A stretch of DNA of 64,000 nt, taken from contig OZ361259.1 of NCBI GenBank assembly GCA_977018835.1, positions 1,116,001 through 1,180,000 of the forward strand, written 5' to 3'. Positions 12,421-24,027 of this stretch are shown here, one piece after another (within the stretch, counting starts at the first letter, position 1; every line of letters starts with the position of its first letter). A program made the translations under genes and the position numbers. Below the pieces are notes generated by a model that was not told the DNA's origin, ran no database searches, and was given only the letters and a program-made list of their open reading frames with translations. Source of the DNA: Minutocellus sp. GHC0000111. Taxonomy: Eukaryota.

Positions 12421-13218
12421 TAGTTTTTCATAAATGATCTTAACCTGTTTACTCTATGAAACTCAGTAGTCGTAATCATCTGTAGTAGTTGCAACGGGGC
12501 TATCAGGGCCCGGCCCGACCTTGCTCTCTGACATTGGTAACGTCTGCCAACCAAGCAATTCTACTGCAGCTACTACCGATAGAATCCCACTAGATTTATA
12601 TGCGGATGGGGCGCTACGCGAATAAACAATATTGAGGTCGTGATTATTTGTTGCGCTACAAGCCCTGACTCTTCGTCGAGGTCGATGACCATCGAGATTT
12701 ACGATAACATCGTCGAATTTTCACATCGATTTGCCTCCATTACTTCTACACCAGTACAAAGAACCCTTTGTGATCATTTTGATCGCTCAGGTATATCAAG
12801 AGACGCCGATTGATACGCTTCCAATGCAGTAGTTATGATTCAACCCAACTTTTCCATGTAATGTTAGACTCAGCGCCCCGCGAATTCTGACGTCAACCTC
12901 CTCGAAACATTCACATTAGAATCACAAGCCTCAGCAGCAAGCGCATGAAACTTTTCATCAAAGAGCCACCTCATATCATGTGTAGGTGGAGATAACCTAC
13001 TGGTGAGGTGATTCGACTTACATGGGCACACACAAACTATCGTCACGTTGGTGAGTTTGACCTCCCAGAAAGACAAAATTCATGCTCCAAAAATTACAAC
13101 ATGAAATAGTTTGGCCGAACTATTGGATTTGAGAATCACTATATACAGTTGAGTAAAGCTATAAATATTTTCTAGTTCACAGAGGCCGATTTTCGCCTAA
13201 TGATTTGAATTTATGCTA

Positions 13219-15531
13219 TCATGTCTGGTTTTCAACAAGAATCGATTCAGGATTCCGCCTTAGAAGCTCAAAGATTGCGCTCACGTACGCCTCGCCTCTC
13301 TCTTCAAAGTCATCTCTGTCCTTTCCAGCTTCTTGGCAAAGTAGATACACCGGAAACATGCCAGCTTTATTTCGTGTCCGGAGCGCCAGGGGGTATGCAC
13401 TGACTAGAGATGGGATACACTGCAAATTGCCGCTGATGCACGCCTTGTGCAAAGGTAGATCGCCATCATTATCGACCTGCTTGGGTAAGAAATCAAAGTC
13501 AACGGCGTGCTCATATTGATACCCAATGTCCCCTATCAGGAGTTCCGTGAAGGCATGTTCTCGATGATACTGACAACCAAGATGGAATGGAAGGCGTGCG
13601 CTGTTGTCTTTCATAATCATCAGCGCTTGGCCTTGGAGCAAGAGCATTTCGATGATTTCAGGACGAGCACCATTCTGGAAAGCGAGATGCAAGGGCGTTT
13701 TTCCTTCCTGATCTTTTTCACTCAATGCAGCGGGATATTTGTTCATCAAGTCTTTGATAAATTCCACATCAAGATCGTGTGACACAGCGAGATGGAGTGG
13801 CAAGCGACCGTGATTGTCTTTTGTTTCAATGATGGAGCGTTCTTTGTCCCCAAAACTCGAATCGTCATAAATGTAGTTGCACTCTCGACGGAAATGATCA
13901 AGCTGAATGACTTCTGTCGAAAGGCTTTCTTCCCGGTCAATTTTATCATCAACAAGGAGAGCATGTAGAAGAAAATTGCCATGATTTTCAACGTATGACT
14001 CATATCGTTTCTCCAGCAAGTACTGGAATGCATCTTTATTATCACTCCTGGTTGAACAGTGCAAGGGCAGCCCGAGGACGCTGTGGCGATGATCAATCGA
14101 TCCCGGGTATAGCTCTGTCAGATGCTTCAAAAGGTTTGTACTGCATCCAGCCTTACAAGCGCAATGTATCGGCAGCCCAAACTCGCTCGATACATGCCGA
14201 ATGGCGTTAAGTTGGTTTAACTTTGAAAGCGTTTCTTTGGCTTCGTCGCAAGAGTACTCGCGCGACCAATCGTGTTGGCAAAAAATATGCATAACGTTTC
14301 GTTCTTCCGCATCCAGGCGACTTATTGAGTACGGCAGTTGTTCAGCCAAGAAAAGAAGGGCATTGTGCCCTCTGTGCTTGAATTCAGAGTTTGCAACTAA
14401 GATTTGGATTGGATATCTCCCGTCTCTAGCTGCCGTATGGATTGCAGTAGGAAAGCATTTTATCAATAACTCGAATAAATCGACCAAATATGTTGGAAAA
14501 TCAGATGTGCAGGCAGAGTGAAGCGGCAGAAAGCCATCAATGTTTGCCATTCCAATCGCGGTAGGGTAGGTCTGCATAAGAAAGATCAAAACATCTCCAC
14601 TTTGGTCGCCTGCTCCTGCATGATGAAGGGGCAGTGCCTGGTTTGCATCTCTCTGATGAATTAGAAATGGGTAGAGGTCGTGCATCTTCTTGATTATTTC
14701 AAGAGGACCTGTCCTGCACGCACAGTGAAACGGTGTCATCACTCTTTCGCCCCCAGCATATTTTGCGACGGCTGGGTCTCTCTCAAAAAGAAAGTTGGCG
14801 ATAGTGTGATCCCTTGAGGATTCAATTGCAACATCCAATGGAGTCAGCCCTTCATTATTCCGCACATTTGTGCTCTCAGGGTGCTTTTCTACCAGATACA
14901 TCACTGTTTCCAGCATGCAGTCATTTGGTGAACAATGGCGACATGCCATGTGGATAGGCAATTCCTGGAAAATACAAGAAGCAACTTGTAGCATCCCTGT
15001 GTTGCACTCAACCAACATCTCAATCCAGTCTTTCGGCGACTTCTTAAATCTATCCAAAATAAAATGTATGGGAAGCTTCCCATCTGAAGCTGGCTCCATC
15101 GCCAAGGTGCGATCGTTTTCTAAGACCAACCTCAGCAAGTCTAGAGAAGTCCCCTCGGTCCAAGTTGCACAAATGACATGAATGGGGAGCAAACCCTCCT
15201 GTGGGGTTCGTAAGGCCAACAAGGAAGGGTTTACCTTGAGAAGTATCTCCACCAATGTAACAGAAACTTGATTTCTCTTACAAATGTGATGCAAAATAGG
15301 ATTCGTTGGACAACGCCCAGGTCTTTGGACCTCAAGTGCCGTTGGTGATGTTCTAACCATCTCTTGAAAGAGTTTAATGGCATCGGGATCATCGCCCCAT
15401 TCTAGAACATTTTGGCAAAAACTGCTGATCTCAGGGGTCATAAATAGAATGAAATGCCGCGCTTTGCTGTTAGACACCGGCTCCTCGCAGTCATGACTAT
15501 CACCTCGTGTTGCTGCTTGCGCTCGCTGCAT
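13219..15531 (-). CDS. Ankyrin-repeat protein (770 aa)
   Basis: Many LPLH/TPLH.AC ankyrin motifs; single exon. Confidence 0.9.
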   Translation of the reverse strand: MQRAQAATRGDSHDCEEPVSNSKARHFILFMTPEISSFCQNVLEWGDDPDAIKLFQEMVRTSPTALEVQRPGRCPTNPILHHICKRNQVSVTLVEILLKVNPSLLALRTPQEGLLPIHVICATWTEGTSLDLLRLVLENDRTLAMEPASDGKLPIHFILDRFKKSPKDWIEMLVECNTGMLQVASCIFQELPIHMACRHCSPNDCMLETVMYLVEKHPESTNVRNNEGLTPLDVAIESSRDHTIANFLFERDPAVAKYAGGERVMTPFHCACRTGPLEIIKKMHDLYPFLIHQRDANQALPLHHAGAGDQSGDVLIFLMQTYPTAIGMANIDGFLPLHSACTSDFPTYLVDLFELLIKCFPTAIHTAARDGRYPIQILVANSEFKHRGHNALLFLAEQLPYSISRLDAEERNVMHIFCQHDWSREYSCDEAKETLSKLNQLNAIRHVSSEFGLPIHCACKAGCSTNLLKHLTELYPGSIDHRHSVLGLPLHCSTRSDNKDAFQYLLEKRYESYVENHGNFLLHALLVDDKIDREESLSTEVIQLDHFRRECNYIYDDSSFGDKERSIIETKDNHGRLPLHLAVSHDLDVEFIKDLMNKYPAALSEKDQEGKTPLHLAFQNGARPEIIEMLLLQGQALMIMKDNSARLPFHLGCQYHREHAFTELLIGDIGYQYEHAVDFDFLPKQVDNDGDLPLHKACISGNLQCIPSLVSAYPLALRTRNKAGMFPVYLLCQEAGKDRDDFEERGEAYVSAIFELLRRNPESILVENQT

Positions 15532-15687
15532 GATGCTGATGCGATGATGATGGGCGAATTTCAGGGGACAGACAGACAGACCATTTTTTCTGAGCAGTCC
15601 GTCTCGCTAAGCAACTTGCTCTATTCTCAACTGCCACTCAATCGTCGCTGGTGTGTGTTCTTGCTGAAGAAGAGCACCAAAGAAGTC

Positions 15688-16971
15688 ATGAGGGTATTTG
15701 CCTTATCCTCATTGGTATGCGCTGGCATCGCTTCTTTGCCAGAAGATGCCCAGGCGTTCGTTTCCAGCACATTGCCAGCAGCCATCGTAAGTAGCGGACG
15801 CAGCCTTCGTGACCATGCAGATGTAGGAAGCTCGATAGGCGTATGCAACAATGTGCAGAGAGATAGAATATATGGCGCCAAACATTTAAAGCGCAGTTTA
15901 GTGCTGTATGCCGCCAAACGAGGTGGGGCCATGGCACGGAAGAAGAGCAAGGAACAGGGCGGCAAAACCGGCACAAGCTCGGACAGTAGCGGAGGAGGCT
16001 TCGGCGGCACCAGCAGCAAGCCCACGGACGCATCCATGAGCGGACTTCAGGGCAGCCGATCTCAACAGGGTGAAGGCGGACGAGAAATCTACTCCCTTCC
16101 AGCATTGTACGATTTGGCCTTTGGTTATCGCAACTACGAGGAGGAGGTGGACTTCTTGTTGAACGCCCATCGGAAGTATTCGGGACAGGAAAGCACGAAT
16201 GGGCCAAGCGACATTTTGGAATTGGCGGTAGGTCCTGCGCGTCATTCCATAAGTTGTTTGAGAGAGAATGGAGGAAAGATCAAATCAGTAACTGCCGTAG
16301 ATTTGTCCTCTGATATGGTTCAATATGGCAAGGAGAATGCTGATCAGGAGCTCGGCGATGCCGGAACCGGTGGACTTCGAGATGCCTTCAGCTATTTGCA
16401 GGAGGACATGAGATCCTACTGTCTTGGCGACGGAAAAGAGTCTCGAAGGGAGTCTTTGGACTCTGCATGGATATTGCTAGGATCGATGCAGCACTTAGTG
16501 ACCAACGATGATGTCATCGATTGTTTCCAATCTACTGCCAACGCCCTTCGTCCAGGAGGGACGCTGATCATCGAGCTTCCTCATCCGAGAGAAACCTTTA
16601 CCATGGTAGAGTGCACTCGCAATGGATGGGAGGTGCCCCTGGAAGATGACGAGGGGACCGAGTATGGCGAGCTCAAGGTGATTTGGGGCGACGACGATGA
16701 TCCGTTCGACCCCATCCGTCAGGTGCGCGACTTTACCGTGGCGTTGGAGCTGACTGGAGTTGATGAGAATGATACCAGCGGTGAAATGAAGAAGTTGCAG
16801 AGCGTGAAAGAGGTGGTTCCCGTGCGATTGTTCACTGCTCAGGAAATGGATGCCCTGGCGAGATGCGCTGGACTTCGTGTGGTGGCCATGTATGGCGCCC
16901 TTAGCGAGGAGGTTGCCGTTGACAGTGACAACGAGGCATTCAGATTGGTGTGCATCATGAGAAAGGAATAG
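15688..16971 (+). CDS. Class I SAM-dependent methyltransferase, probably plastid-targeted
   Basis: ILELAVGPARH, VTAVDLS..M, ALRPGGTLII. Signal peptide followed by AQAF. Confidence 0.85.
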   Translation: MRVFALSSLVCAGIASLPEDAQAFVSSTLPAAIVSSGRSLRDHADVGSSIGVCNNVQRDRIYGAKHLKRSLVLYAAKRGGAMARKKSKEQGGKTGTSSDSSGGGFGGTSSKPTDASMSGLQGSRSQQGEGGREIYSLPALYDLAFGYRNYEEEVDFLLNAHRKYSGQESTNGPSDILELAVGPARHSISCLRENGGKIKSVTAVDLSSDMVQYGKENADQELGDAGTGGLRDAFSYLQEDMRSYCLGDGKESRRESLDSAWILLGSMQHLVTNDDVIDCFQSTANALRPGGTLIIELPHPRETFTMVECTRNGWEVPLEDDEGTEYGELKVIWGDDDDPFDPIRQVRDFTVALELTGVDENDTSGEMKKLQSVKEVVPVRLFTAQEMDALARCAGLRVVAMYGALSEEVAVDSDNEAFRLVCIMRKE

Positions 16972-17398
16972 ACAATGCGATACTAGGAATTCTATTATGC
17001 ATCGCAATACGGTACATAAAATGGTGGCTGAATAGAAGCTGTTGGTACATGAAGAACCTTGTACCGCTCGACAGGTCAAAAATACTAGTACAAGGTCTTT
17101 CTAAATCACGTGGCACAAAAAAGCCGGCTTCTACGTACGTATGTCCGTACTGCAGTACGACATTCCACCCAGTCAATAAAAAAATGCGCCAACGTGCACC
17201 CCCTTTGGCGGCAATGACGGCGCCACAAGACATGACTGCATGCGCCGCCCAATCGCCTGAACATACAACAAAATAAGCAGAACCAGAAGCCAAGCGAGTC
17301 AAGAAGTTACTCATTTACTTGGTTCGTTGCCTTGGCCACCAGACCAGTGAACTGCTTTCTCAAGGAACATCGCCATTCCAATCGAAGTAGGAATCCCT

Positions 17399-18877
17399 AT
17401 GCAGCACGAACACGAACACAAGCAGCAGGACGTAGGCCACAGTCCCCTCCGCTTCGGAGGCAAAGCCTCGCATTACCACGCGGCCGCCCTATCGTCCGCC
17501 GAGGCTGACGGCAATGACGAAGAAGCCTTCGGCAGGGGTGGCGGCGATGCGTGCAATCGGAGCGTCGACTCAGCGTCGTGCTGGTCCGAGTCCGAACTGT
17601 CGTCGGCGGCGTACCCCCCGCTAAGTCCGCAGGCACAGAGCGCGATACAGGCGTCGAGGCGAAGATTTTTCATAACGGTCGCCTTGCTGGTGCTGGGAGC
17701 AGTGGTGCTGTATGTCAGCGGGTATCGGGCGGGGGAGCGGCACGAGCACGAACAGATGGTAGCGGCACTGGGTGCTAGCGGTACTGGCATTGATGCCGAT
17801 GGGTCGATAGTGGCTGATGAAAGTCTCCTCGATGCTGACGACGATACCATCGAAGAATTGACGGTGGAAGAAACGAATGATTTGGACATGGACGAGATAA
17901 TAGAAGAAGCCGAGGAGGAGGCCGAAGAAGAGCTAGCACTGGAGACGACGAAACAGCGGCCGCAAGAGGGCAATGGCAATGGCAATTACAATGACAATTT
18001 CAACCTTCCACAAAACTACCAAAAATTCCTAATCTTTGCCGAACAACGCTCCGGATCGCGATTCTTAACTGACCTGTTGGACGATCACGACCAAATAATA
18101 TGCGGAAACGAAGAATTGAACCACAAGGACACGTCCATGAATCTGAAGCACATGACCATTGAGGAGTACATGAAGCTGCTGGAGGAAACCTATGACGACG
18201 TATTTCAGAGCAAGGTCGCGCTATCGTCGGCAAATGCCAATGATGGTAGCCTCGTCGTTGGCTACAAGGTCATGTACAATCAGGGTGTTACGCACTTTGG
18301 TAAGGATCTAATGGCCAGACTTGATGAGGCGGGAATCAAGGTAATCCATCTTATCCGTCGGAACAAATTGCTCCAGTACATAAGCTTTGCATCCAACGAG
18401 AAGGACAAGCATCTGATGGCCGACAAGGAGAAGGCTGCGGAGCTTGCCGCTGCTGCAGCGGCGGCATCAGCGGAGGGAGAAGGGGTTCCTTTGAAGCACC
18501 AGGCTCATCCGAAGACCAAGGAGGATGCACAGAGGATACGGGACGAGCTTACCATCAGCGGGAAACATCCCGACAAGATCCTAAGCTTCATGGAGGCGCG
18601 GGAGGCCGACGACAAGGCAGTCTCCAACTTGGTATCGACATATTTGGACACGGCCAACTATGCCTTTGTCGATTACGAAGATTTGAGCCGTGAGACCGAG
18701 AAACAGATGGAGCGGCTGTTTGCATTGCTCGGGGTGGAGCAGCGCAAGGTGCAAAGCCAAATGGAGAAGATTCATGAAGGGAAGCTGACCAGAGACTATT
18801 TCAAGAAGGGACAGCAAGATGCGGTTAAGGAGGCACTGGAGAAGTCCGAATTCCGTTGGATGCTTGATGGCTGGTGA
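17399..18877 (+). CDS. Type II membrane sulfotransferase (Stf0-like)
   Basis: N-terminal TM helix, PAPS loop IFAEQRSGSRFL, GYKVMY, IHLIRRN.L.QYIS, VDYEDL. Confidence 0.82.
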   Translation: MQHEHEHKQQDVGHSPLRFGGKASHYHAAALSSAEADGNDEEAFGRGGGDACNRSVDSASCWSESELSSAAYPPLSPQAQSAIQASRRRFFITVALLVLGAVVLYVSGYRAGERHEHEQMVAALGASGTGIDADGSIVADESLLDADDDTIEELTVEETNDLDMDEIIEEAEEEAEEELALETTKQRPQEGNGNGNYNDNFNLPQNYQKFLIFAEQRSGSRFLTDLLDDHDQIICGNEELNHKDTSMNLKHMTIEEYMKLLEETYDDVFQSKVALSSANANDGSLVVGYKVMYNQGVTHFGKDLMARLDEAGIKVIHLIRRNKLLQYISFASNEKDKHLMADKEKAAELAAAAAAASAEGEGVPLKHQAHPKTKEDAQRIRDELTISGKHPDKILSFMEAREADDKAVSNLVSTYLDTANYAFVDYEDLSRETEKQMERLFALLGVEQRKVQSQMEKIHEGKLTRDYFKKGQQDAVKEALEKSEFRWMLDGW

Positions 18878-19293
18878 ATTTTACTACATGTAGGAATTCC
18901 TACTGGTAAATATATGGATTGCTCAATGCATTGCTTGATTGCTCAATGGGAGGGTATCGTATAAGAGTGTCTAGTGTTAGTAGATCTCGGCGATCCGGAT
19001 ACACGTATCGGCAGATGATAGGTCAATTACACGGTGAGTCTACGTAGAAATGTTGCCTGCTCCTCCGTCGAAGGTTCGCACCCATTCATGCGAACCCTTG
19101 GTCTTGACACGCTCAAAAGTCGCATGTTCCTCGACGAAGAATCCAGGCTTCCACTTTGAGCCCCATCACTGCTCTCACTCTTTATTCGCGCTCTGTCTCC
19201 TGATTCTCTCACCAGTACATATTTTTATCTTACTGCCTCGATCCCAATTCCTTGCCTCTGGCTCCTTATCACACATCAGATATTCCCACCAAG

Positions 19294-19617
19294 ATGAACC
19301 TTTCTAACATACTCCTCTTTCTTGCTCTCTACTTGCGAGTATCGGCATTTTCGCCAAGCCTGAAGAAGACACGATCTACTCATCTGAGTTACAATATCGT
19401 CATGCCCCCCGAAGATGACACCGAGAACGAGGAGTCTGTCTTTGAGCGCAAAAGAAAGGAGAAGGCCGACGAGGATGCCCACTTTCGCGAGAGATGCGAC
19501 GCCGAGGGAATAAACCTGAGCGAAATCGATCGGGCAGTGACTCCCGATATGCATAACAACCCCATGGGCAGCCTTATGCCTGGCGTCCATCTCACTGCGT
19601 TGTGTGGAGACGATTAG
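19294..19617 (+). CDS. Small plastid-targeted hypothetical protein
   Basis: Signal peptide followed by VSAFSP (ASAFAP-type). Confidence 0.7.
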   Translation: MNLSNILLFLALYLRVSAFSPSLKKTRSTHLSYNIVMPPEDDTENEESVFERKRKEKADEDAHFRERCDAEGINLSEIDRAVTPDMHNNPMGSLMPGVHLTALCGDD

Positions 19618-19799
19618 ACGTTGTCATTTTAAAGGTTTGTCAACGACACAAGCAGGCTACTTTCCCCAGTAGGAGAAGGGGATCGATGGCTGCAAATTCC
19701 GTAGCTTTATATATTTCGAGAGCGTTTTGCTTTGTAAATTAGATATGCATGCAGATACATGTGCATTGTTGGTTATTCTTTTGAGTTACATGGTGTGAG

Positions 19800-20825
19800 T
19801 TATAGCAAGACCGCCAAAAAGACGACGCAAAGAGCAGCATAGCCTCGGGACGAGCCACCACTTTCGTCGCGACGTTCAAGGATATCGGATCCATTCGTTT
19901 CAAGCACATCATTTCCTTCTACTGTTGCGATGGCAAAACTTTCCATACCTGCCGAGACACCATGCACAGCCTGTGTAAAACCAGTGTCGCATGGGTTGGT
20001 AGCATCATGTGGGGTCTCTCCCGCCATACAAAACTTGCCGGTATCGTCGTAGTAAAGCGTAACCGGGCCCTCAGGGTTTGCCGAAGAAGCATTCTCAACT
20101 TCGTTGGCGTTAACTCCGTTACCTACGATGTGAGCCACAGACCCATCTTCTTGACCATACTGCAATATAACGCCATGGGTCGAAGCGAGGGTACTATCGA
20201 TTGCATTTGCCTCGTCGTTCGATGTCAGAGAGGACGATCCAAACAATTCTGTTTTACTTTCGCTGGGACTATCCACACCAATGCCATTTTCGAGACCAGC
20301 CTCGTCGCGATTGGCACCAATATCTTCGGCAATCATTGACTCCTCTCCATCAACATGCAACATATCAACGCCCTCCTTGACCACATTGTCTCCATTGATG
20401 GTGAGATCGACCGCACCAGACACTTCGCTGATGATGTCATTTGCCGAAGCATTTATCTTATGCTTGCGCTTCTTGACGCCGGGCGCAGATCCTTCTCTGC
20501 ACTTAGTCACTTTAGGTTTCTCTCGAATGCCATTTAGAGGTTTGGTTGATCCCTTCAATCCAGGTACAGGCACGTGCCTATCTGCTGGTTCATCACCCAA
20601 CCCATCTCTGGGTTGTGTCCGAGGAAGTGGTGGAGAAGGAGTGCAGGTTGGTGCAAAGAATTCGGCCTCGGGATTTTCGTCTCGCAGAGGAAATATATGA
20701 ACCAATGAGCGCATACGAGAAGCTCGCGTTCCTTTCTTATGGGATTGGGCTTCAGCGACGCGCAAGCTAATCGGTCCAAGAATAAGGAAAAAGACAAGCA
20801 AGTTGTCACGCTTGACCAGGACCAT
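19800..20825 (-). CDS. Secreted, possibly GPI-anchored hypothetical protein
   Basis: Signal peptide, acidic low-complexity body, C-terminal SS...YAALCVVFLAVLL. Confidence 0.65.
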   Translation of the reverse strand: MVLVKRDNLLVFFLILGPISLRVAEAQSHKKGTRASRMRSLVHIFPLRDENPEAEFFAPTCTPSPPLPRTQPRDGLGDEPADRHVPVPGLKGSTKPLNGIREKPKVTKCREGSAPGVKKRKHKINASANDIISEVSGAVDLTINGDNVVKEGVDMLHVDGEESMIAEDIGANRDEAGLENGIGVDSPSESKTELFGSSSLTSNDEANAIDSTLASTHGVILQYGQEDGSVAHIVGNGVNANEVENASSANPEGPVTLYYDDTGKFCMAGETPHDATNPCDTGFTQAVHGVSAGMESFAIATVEGNDVLETNGSDILERRDESGGSSRGYAALCVVFLAVLL

Positions 20826-21378
20826 CGTGGTGGAAGCTTTGTTCAAATGTATGGTTATTCTTTGATTTTTGCACACCAGCTCCGCAGCGACTGAACGTGG
20901 TCACAAGAAAATATTGTATCGTAACAGTGCAACAGCAAACATTCATTTGAATTCTCTCTCAAAGCACAAAGTAGGAGGCAACTTTTGATGAGTGACAATG
21001 TCTCCACTCAATCAGTCTAAAATGGAGCACAAGAAGGTAGATCTGCCTCTGGAAAACAAATAACATCTACTCCTGTTGATACACCAGCGAAGCGGAGCTG
21101 CTGTCACAGGCACTGCCTCGCCATCGTCCCACTATGGCATCATCAATATCATCAATATCGCAGTCAACAATCGATGCTCAGATGAAGAGCTACGCCGCAC
21201 GCGTTGCTACGTACGTAGGCCTACAGTCACAAGATAAAAAATTGTGAAGCTCTGGCCGTCGTACGAAAGATACGTCAATTATTCGTCAAATCAGTCAATT
21301 CTTATCGCTCGCTCGTGCCGATGCCGTGCCGGCCAAGCAAGTTCATTAGTAGGACGCCACCCCCAAATTAACTTTCAC

Positions 21379-21582
21379 ATGTCTCGCAGTCGACAGGAAC
21401 ATCCCATAAACTGGGGCCGCAAGTTCCAGGGCGCGGCGGCTGGCTTCGCATGCGGTTCCGTGATTGGCATGTTCGCCAGCACATTACACTCGGGCAGAAT
21501 TCGACCAACGCCGCAATCGCTCTCGGCCGCTTTATTTATGGGGACCGTACTTGGAATAGGCGGGGCGATCAAAACAAACTGA
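21379..21582 (+). CDS. Small Gly-zipper membrane protein, Romo1/Mgr2-like
   Basis: 67 aa; GAAAGFACGSVIG and FMGTVLGIGGAIK. Confidence 0.55.
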   Translation: MSRSRQEHPINWGRKFQGAAAGFACGSVIGMFASTLHSGRIRPTPQSLSAALFMGTVLGIGGAIKTN

Positions 21583-21752
21583 TAGAATTCTGCGTAGCAA
21601 TGGCGGATGTGACGTACGCAACAACTATTCGTTTCTGATCGCCTTCAAGACGCACGCACGCACGCACGGGCCGGGCTATTCGATAGACTTATTTCACCAT
21701 GATCATTTATCAAAATATCATAAATTCAGCGAAATCATTTTGCTCAGTATTG

Positions 21753-22826
21753 TTATCTACCCAACAATGACGTTTCGCTGAACCATTTTCGCACCGTATA
21801 CACTTGTACGCCCGTCACTACGCAAAAGATGACAGTCTGCAACAAACTGCTCAATACCATCCTGGAATGCGAATGCTCGTTGACGGCGGCATGGACCGTA
21901 TTCCGATGCTGCTCCTTTTGTTGGTACTCCTTAATTTCTCCCAATAAACGGTTCAATCGCTTCAACTGATCATGCGTCGTCTTCAAATCCTCATCCTGCA
22001 ATCCCTCTGGTGTCAGGTCCTCCATGTCTTTTTCCTCCTCCAACATATGCCGACGCTGGTACGTGTAGACATGTCCCGTGCGCTTATCGATCCCACCCAA
22101 GTCCGATGCTTTGCGCAGTTCCATTTCCACCGTAATGGGATACCACGAACTCTTGACACACAGGCGATACCACCCCGGGGCAACAATCGGTCCAAACGTC
22201 CTCTCCACGGCATCGCCCTCACTGGCCCGCTGGTGCTTGTCAACCTTCTTCTGCCGCTTGGCATCAATGGCCGCCCGGCGGTTGTTGATCTTTTGCTTCC
22301 GCTTCTCCGACCGTTCGACCGCCACGGGATGGTCATCGTCCAACACGTAGTCGTCGTCGTACTCATCGTCGTCGTCGGCCCGATCGAACGCGGCGTCGTC
22401 ATCGTCCACGGCATCGTCGTCCCAATTGGCATCGGTCTCAAAGTCAATGGCCATGTACTCCAGAATGTTGTCGCCCTGTCCCGCCGGGCCGGTGCCGAAG
22501 CGTCGTCCCTGGCCGTACCGGCCAATGCTGGCCTTGAGGTCGTGGGCGGTATCGCTGCCCGGTGGTGCGACGGCCCCCTCGAAGATGCCAGTCGCCTTGA
22601 GCTCGGCACCGGACGTGATGAAGACGGAAGCCGTGACGGATTCGTCCTTTTCGAGATACTCGTGCAGGCATTCCGAACCTCGTTGCGGGATCTTGTATTG
22701 GAGGGGAATGTGGGCCGATACCAGCAGCAGGGCGGGTTGGGCAAGCACGAGCAAGAACAGTGCGGATATGCAGGAGCGGCATGGTGCCGAGTGGCTCGCT
22801 CGCAGACGTCGTTCTGGGTCGGACAT
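21753..22826 (-). CDS. p24/emp24 (GOLD-domain) cargo receptor, copy A with a replaced N-terminus
   Basis: Signal peptide, ECLHEY, G.YRLC, coiled coil, TM helix, QVYTVRKWF. The first 8 codons come from the junction filler. Confidence 0.8.
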   Translation of the reverse strand: MSDPERRLRASHSAPCRSCISALFLLVLAQPALLLVSAHIPLQYKIPQRGSECLHEYLEKDESVTASVFITSGAELKATGIFEGAVAPPGSDTAHDLKASIGRYGQGRRFGTGPAGQGDNILEYMAIDFETDANWDDDAVDDDDAAFDRADDDDEYDDDYVLDDDHPVAVERSEKRKQKINNRRAAIDAKRQKKVDKHQRASEGDAVERTFGPIVAPGWYRLCVKSSWYPITVEMELRKASDLGGIDKRTGHVYTYQRRHMLEEEKDMEDLTPEGLQDEDLKTTHDQLKRLNRLLGEIKEYQQKEQHRNTVHAAVNEHSHSRMVLSSLLQTVIFCVVTGVQVYTVRKWFSETSLLGR

Positions 22827-23385
22827 TGATTGGAGTGGTTCTGTTTTACCTTTTGTAATGTCATGTGTCCCGACGTTTCGCACGGTCTTTCGGCATCCTG
22901 AATTTGCACGTTTTGTCCAATCATTAGCTTCCGAACCTCACGGCCCCGGCGCGGCATCTGCAGGTCCTATTCATGCTTCTTTTTGCCATTTCATAGCATC
23001 TTTTCTTGCTGTGAACCAGCTTGAGCAAGTCGACGTCTTACGTGTTATCCATGCAGCTGACAGAGAGTCAATCTGTTCCGATGAAATCCCCATGCTCTAT
23101 GTACGTGATGCCAACGTTGGATCCGCTGCTTACGTTTTCAGATCTAATTTTGACTCCAACCCCCATCTACCTAGCGATGTTTTTGCCTCCTCGTCTCCCG
23201 TCTTTCGTTACCTCAGATCATGCTTTCGATCTGGTCCTCATTTCAATCCTTCTGGTCCTGATGATTACGGTCAGCTCTGAAGATTTCATGTACCTCGCTC
23301 TATTTATCTTTGTGGAATATTCAACATTTGTAGATATCTCTTCTTTAATTTTGTTAGTATTATATACATATATATTAAATTCAAG
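22804..23385 (+). mobile_element. Filler DNA at the duplication junction; possible 3' fragment of a non-LTR retroelement
   Basis: Absent from copy B. Plus-strand frame open 22804-23280, followed by a UTR-like stretch and an AT-rich TATATACATATATATTAAAT end. Confidence 0.35.
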
Positions 23386-24027
23386 CATTCATCAATCATT
23401 GGCTGAATCGTCTCATCCCACGTACAGGATGGGTCCATCATGGCACTTTGCCTTTCCTCGCTGGAATATCCATGCATCAGTGGTCCGAGCCCACTGGAAA
23501 TGACGATGAGCCGTCCGTCGTCTTTCTGCAACATTGGCAGAAAGGCATCGCACACCCTCCGAACACCGGTTGCACACACGTCCATCAGTTCCGATAATGG
23601 ATATCCCCACAATATGCCGGCGTTGCTCACCACACCATACAACGTTTGGCTGTTGTTTGGTGACGATTGGAGGATATCTTGAACGCACTTGGTCGCCCTT
23701 GCAACGGATGCGTCGGATGTCACGTCCAGTGGAATGACCTCGACCCGATCCACATTGTCGTCGATGCACGTCGCTATACCCCTTTGCGCTAATTCTCAGT
23801 TTATCGGCGGCAAAATTTCCCCGTTCCTCATCTCGGCTGCACAGCAAGACGCGCGCGTCGTCGTGCTGGGATAGTATCCGATCACAAAGGGCATAGCCCT
23901 GGCCTTTGTTGGCACCGGTGACGAGTATCGTCTTGATTGGTTGGATTGGCGGCGAGTTGGCCGCAAAGGCCGAGGCGGTGGATGCTACCAGAAGGAGCAG
24001 GGAAGGGAAGCAGAGAAGGTTCATCAT
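23385..24027 (-). pseudogene. Short-chain dehydrogenase/reductase (carbonyl-reductase-like), frameshifted and 3'-truncated
   Basis: TGANKGQG, LDVTS..SV, SNAGI, ISSG. Frameshift near 23795. Ends at the filler before any YxxxK motif. ASAFAA targeting motif. Confidence 0.8.

Larger units (their letters stand above)
1..22803. repeat. Segmental duplication, copy A (continues beyond window start)
   Basis: ORFs recur at offset 33375 before the internal triplication and 28569 after it. Identity ends at 22803/51372. Confidence 0.97.

Noticed and set aside
15688..16971. Methyltransferase as arsenite methyltransferase ArsM, extending the arsenic cluster
   Set aside because: I cannot see the ArsM cysteine motifs. 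It looks plastid-targeted and lies about 10 kb from arsJ. No positive evidence.
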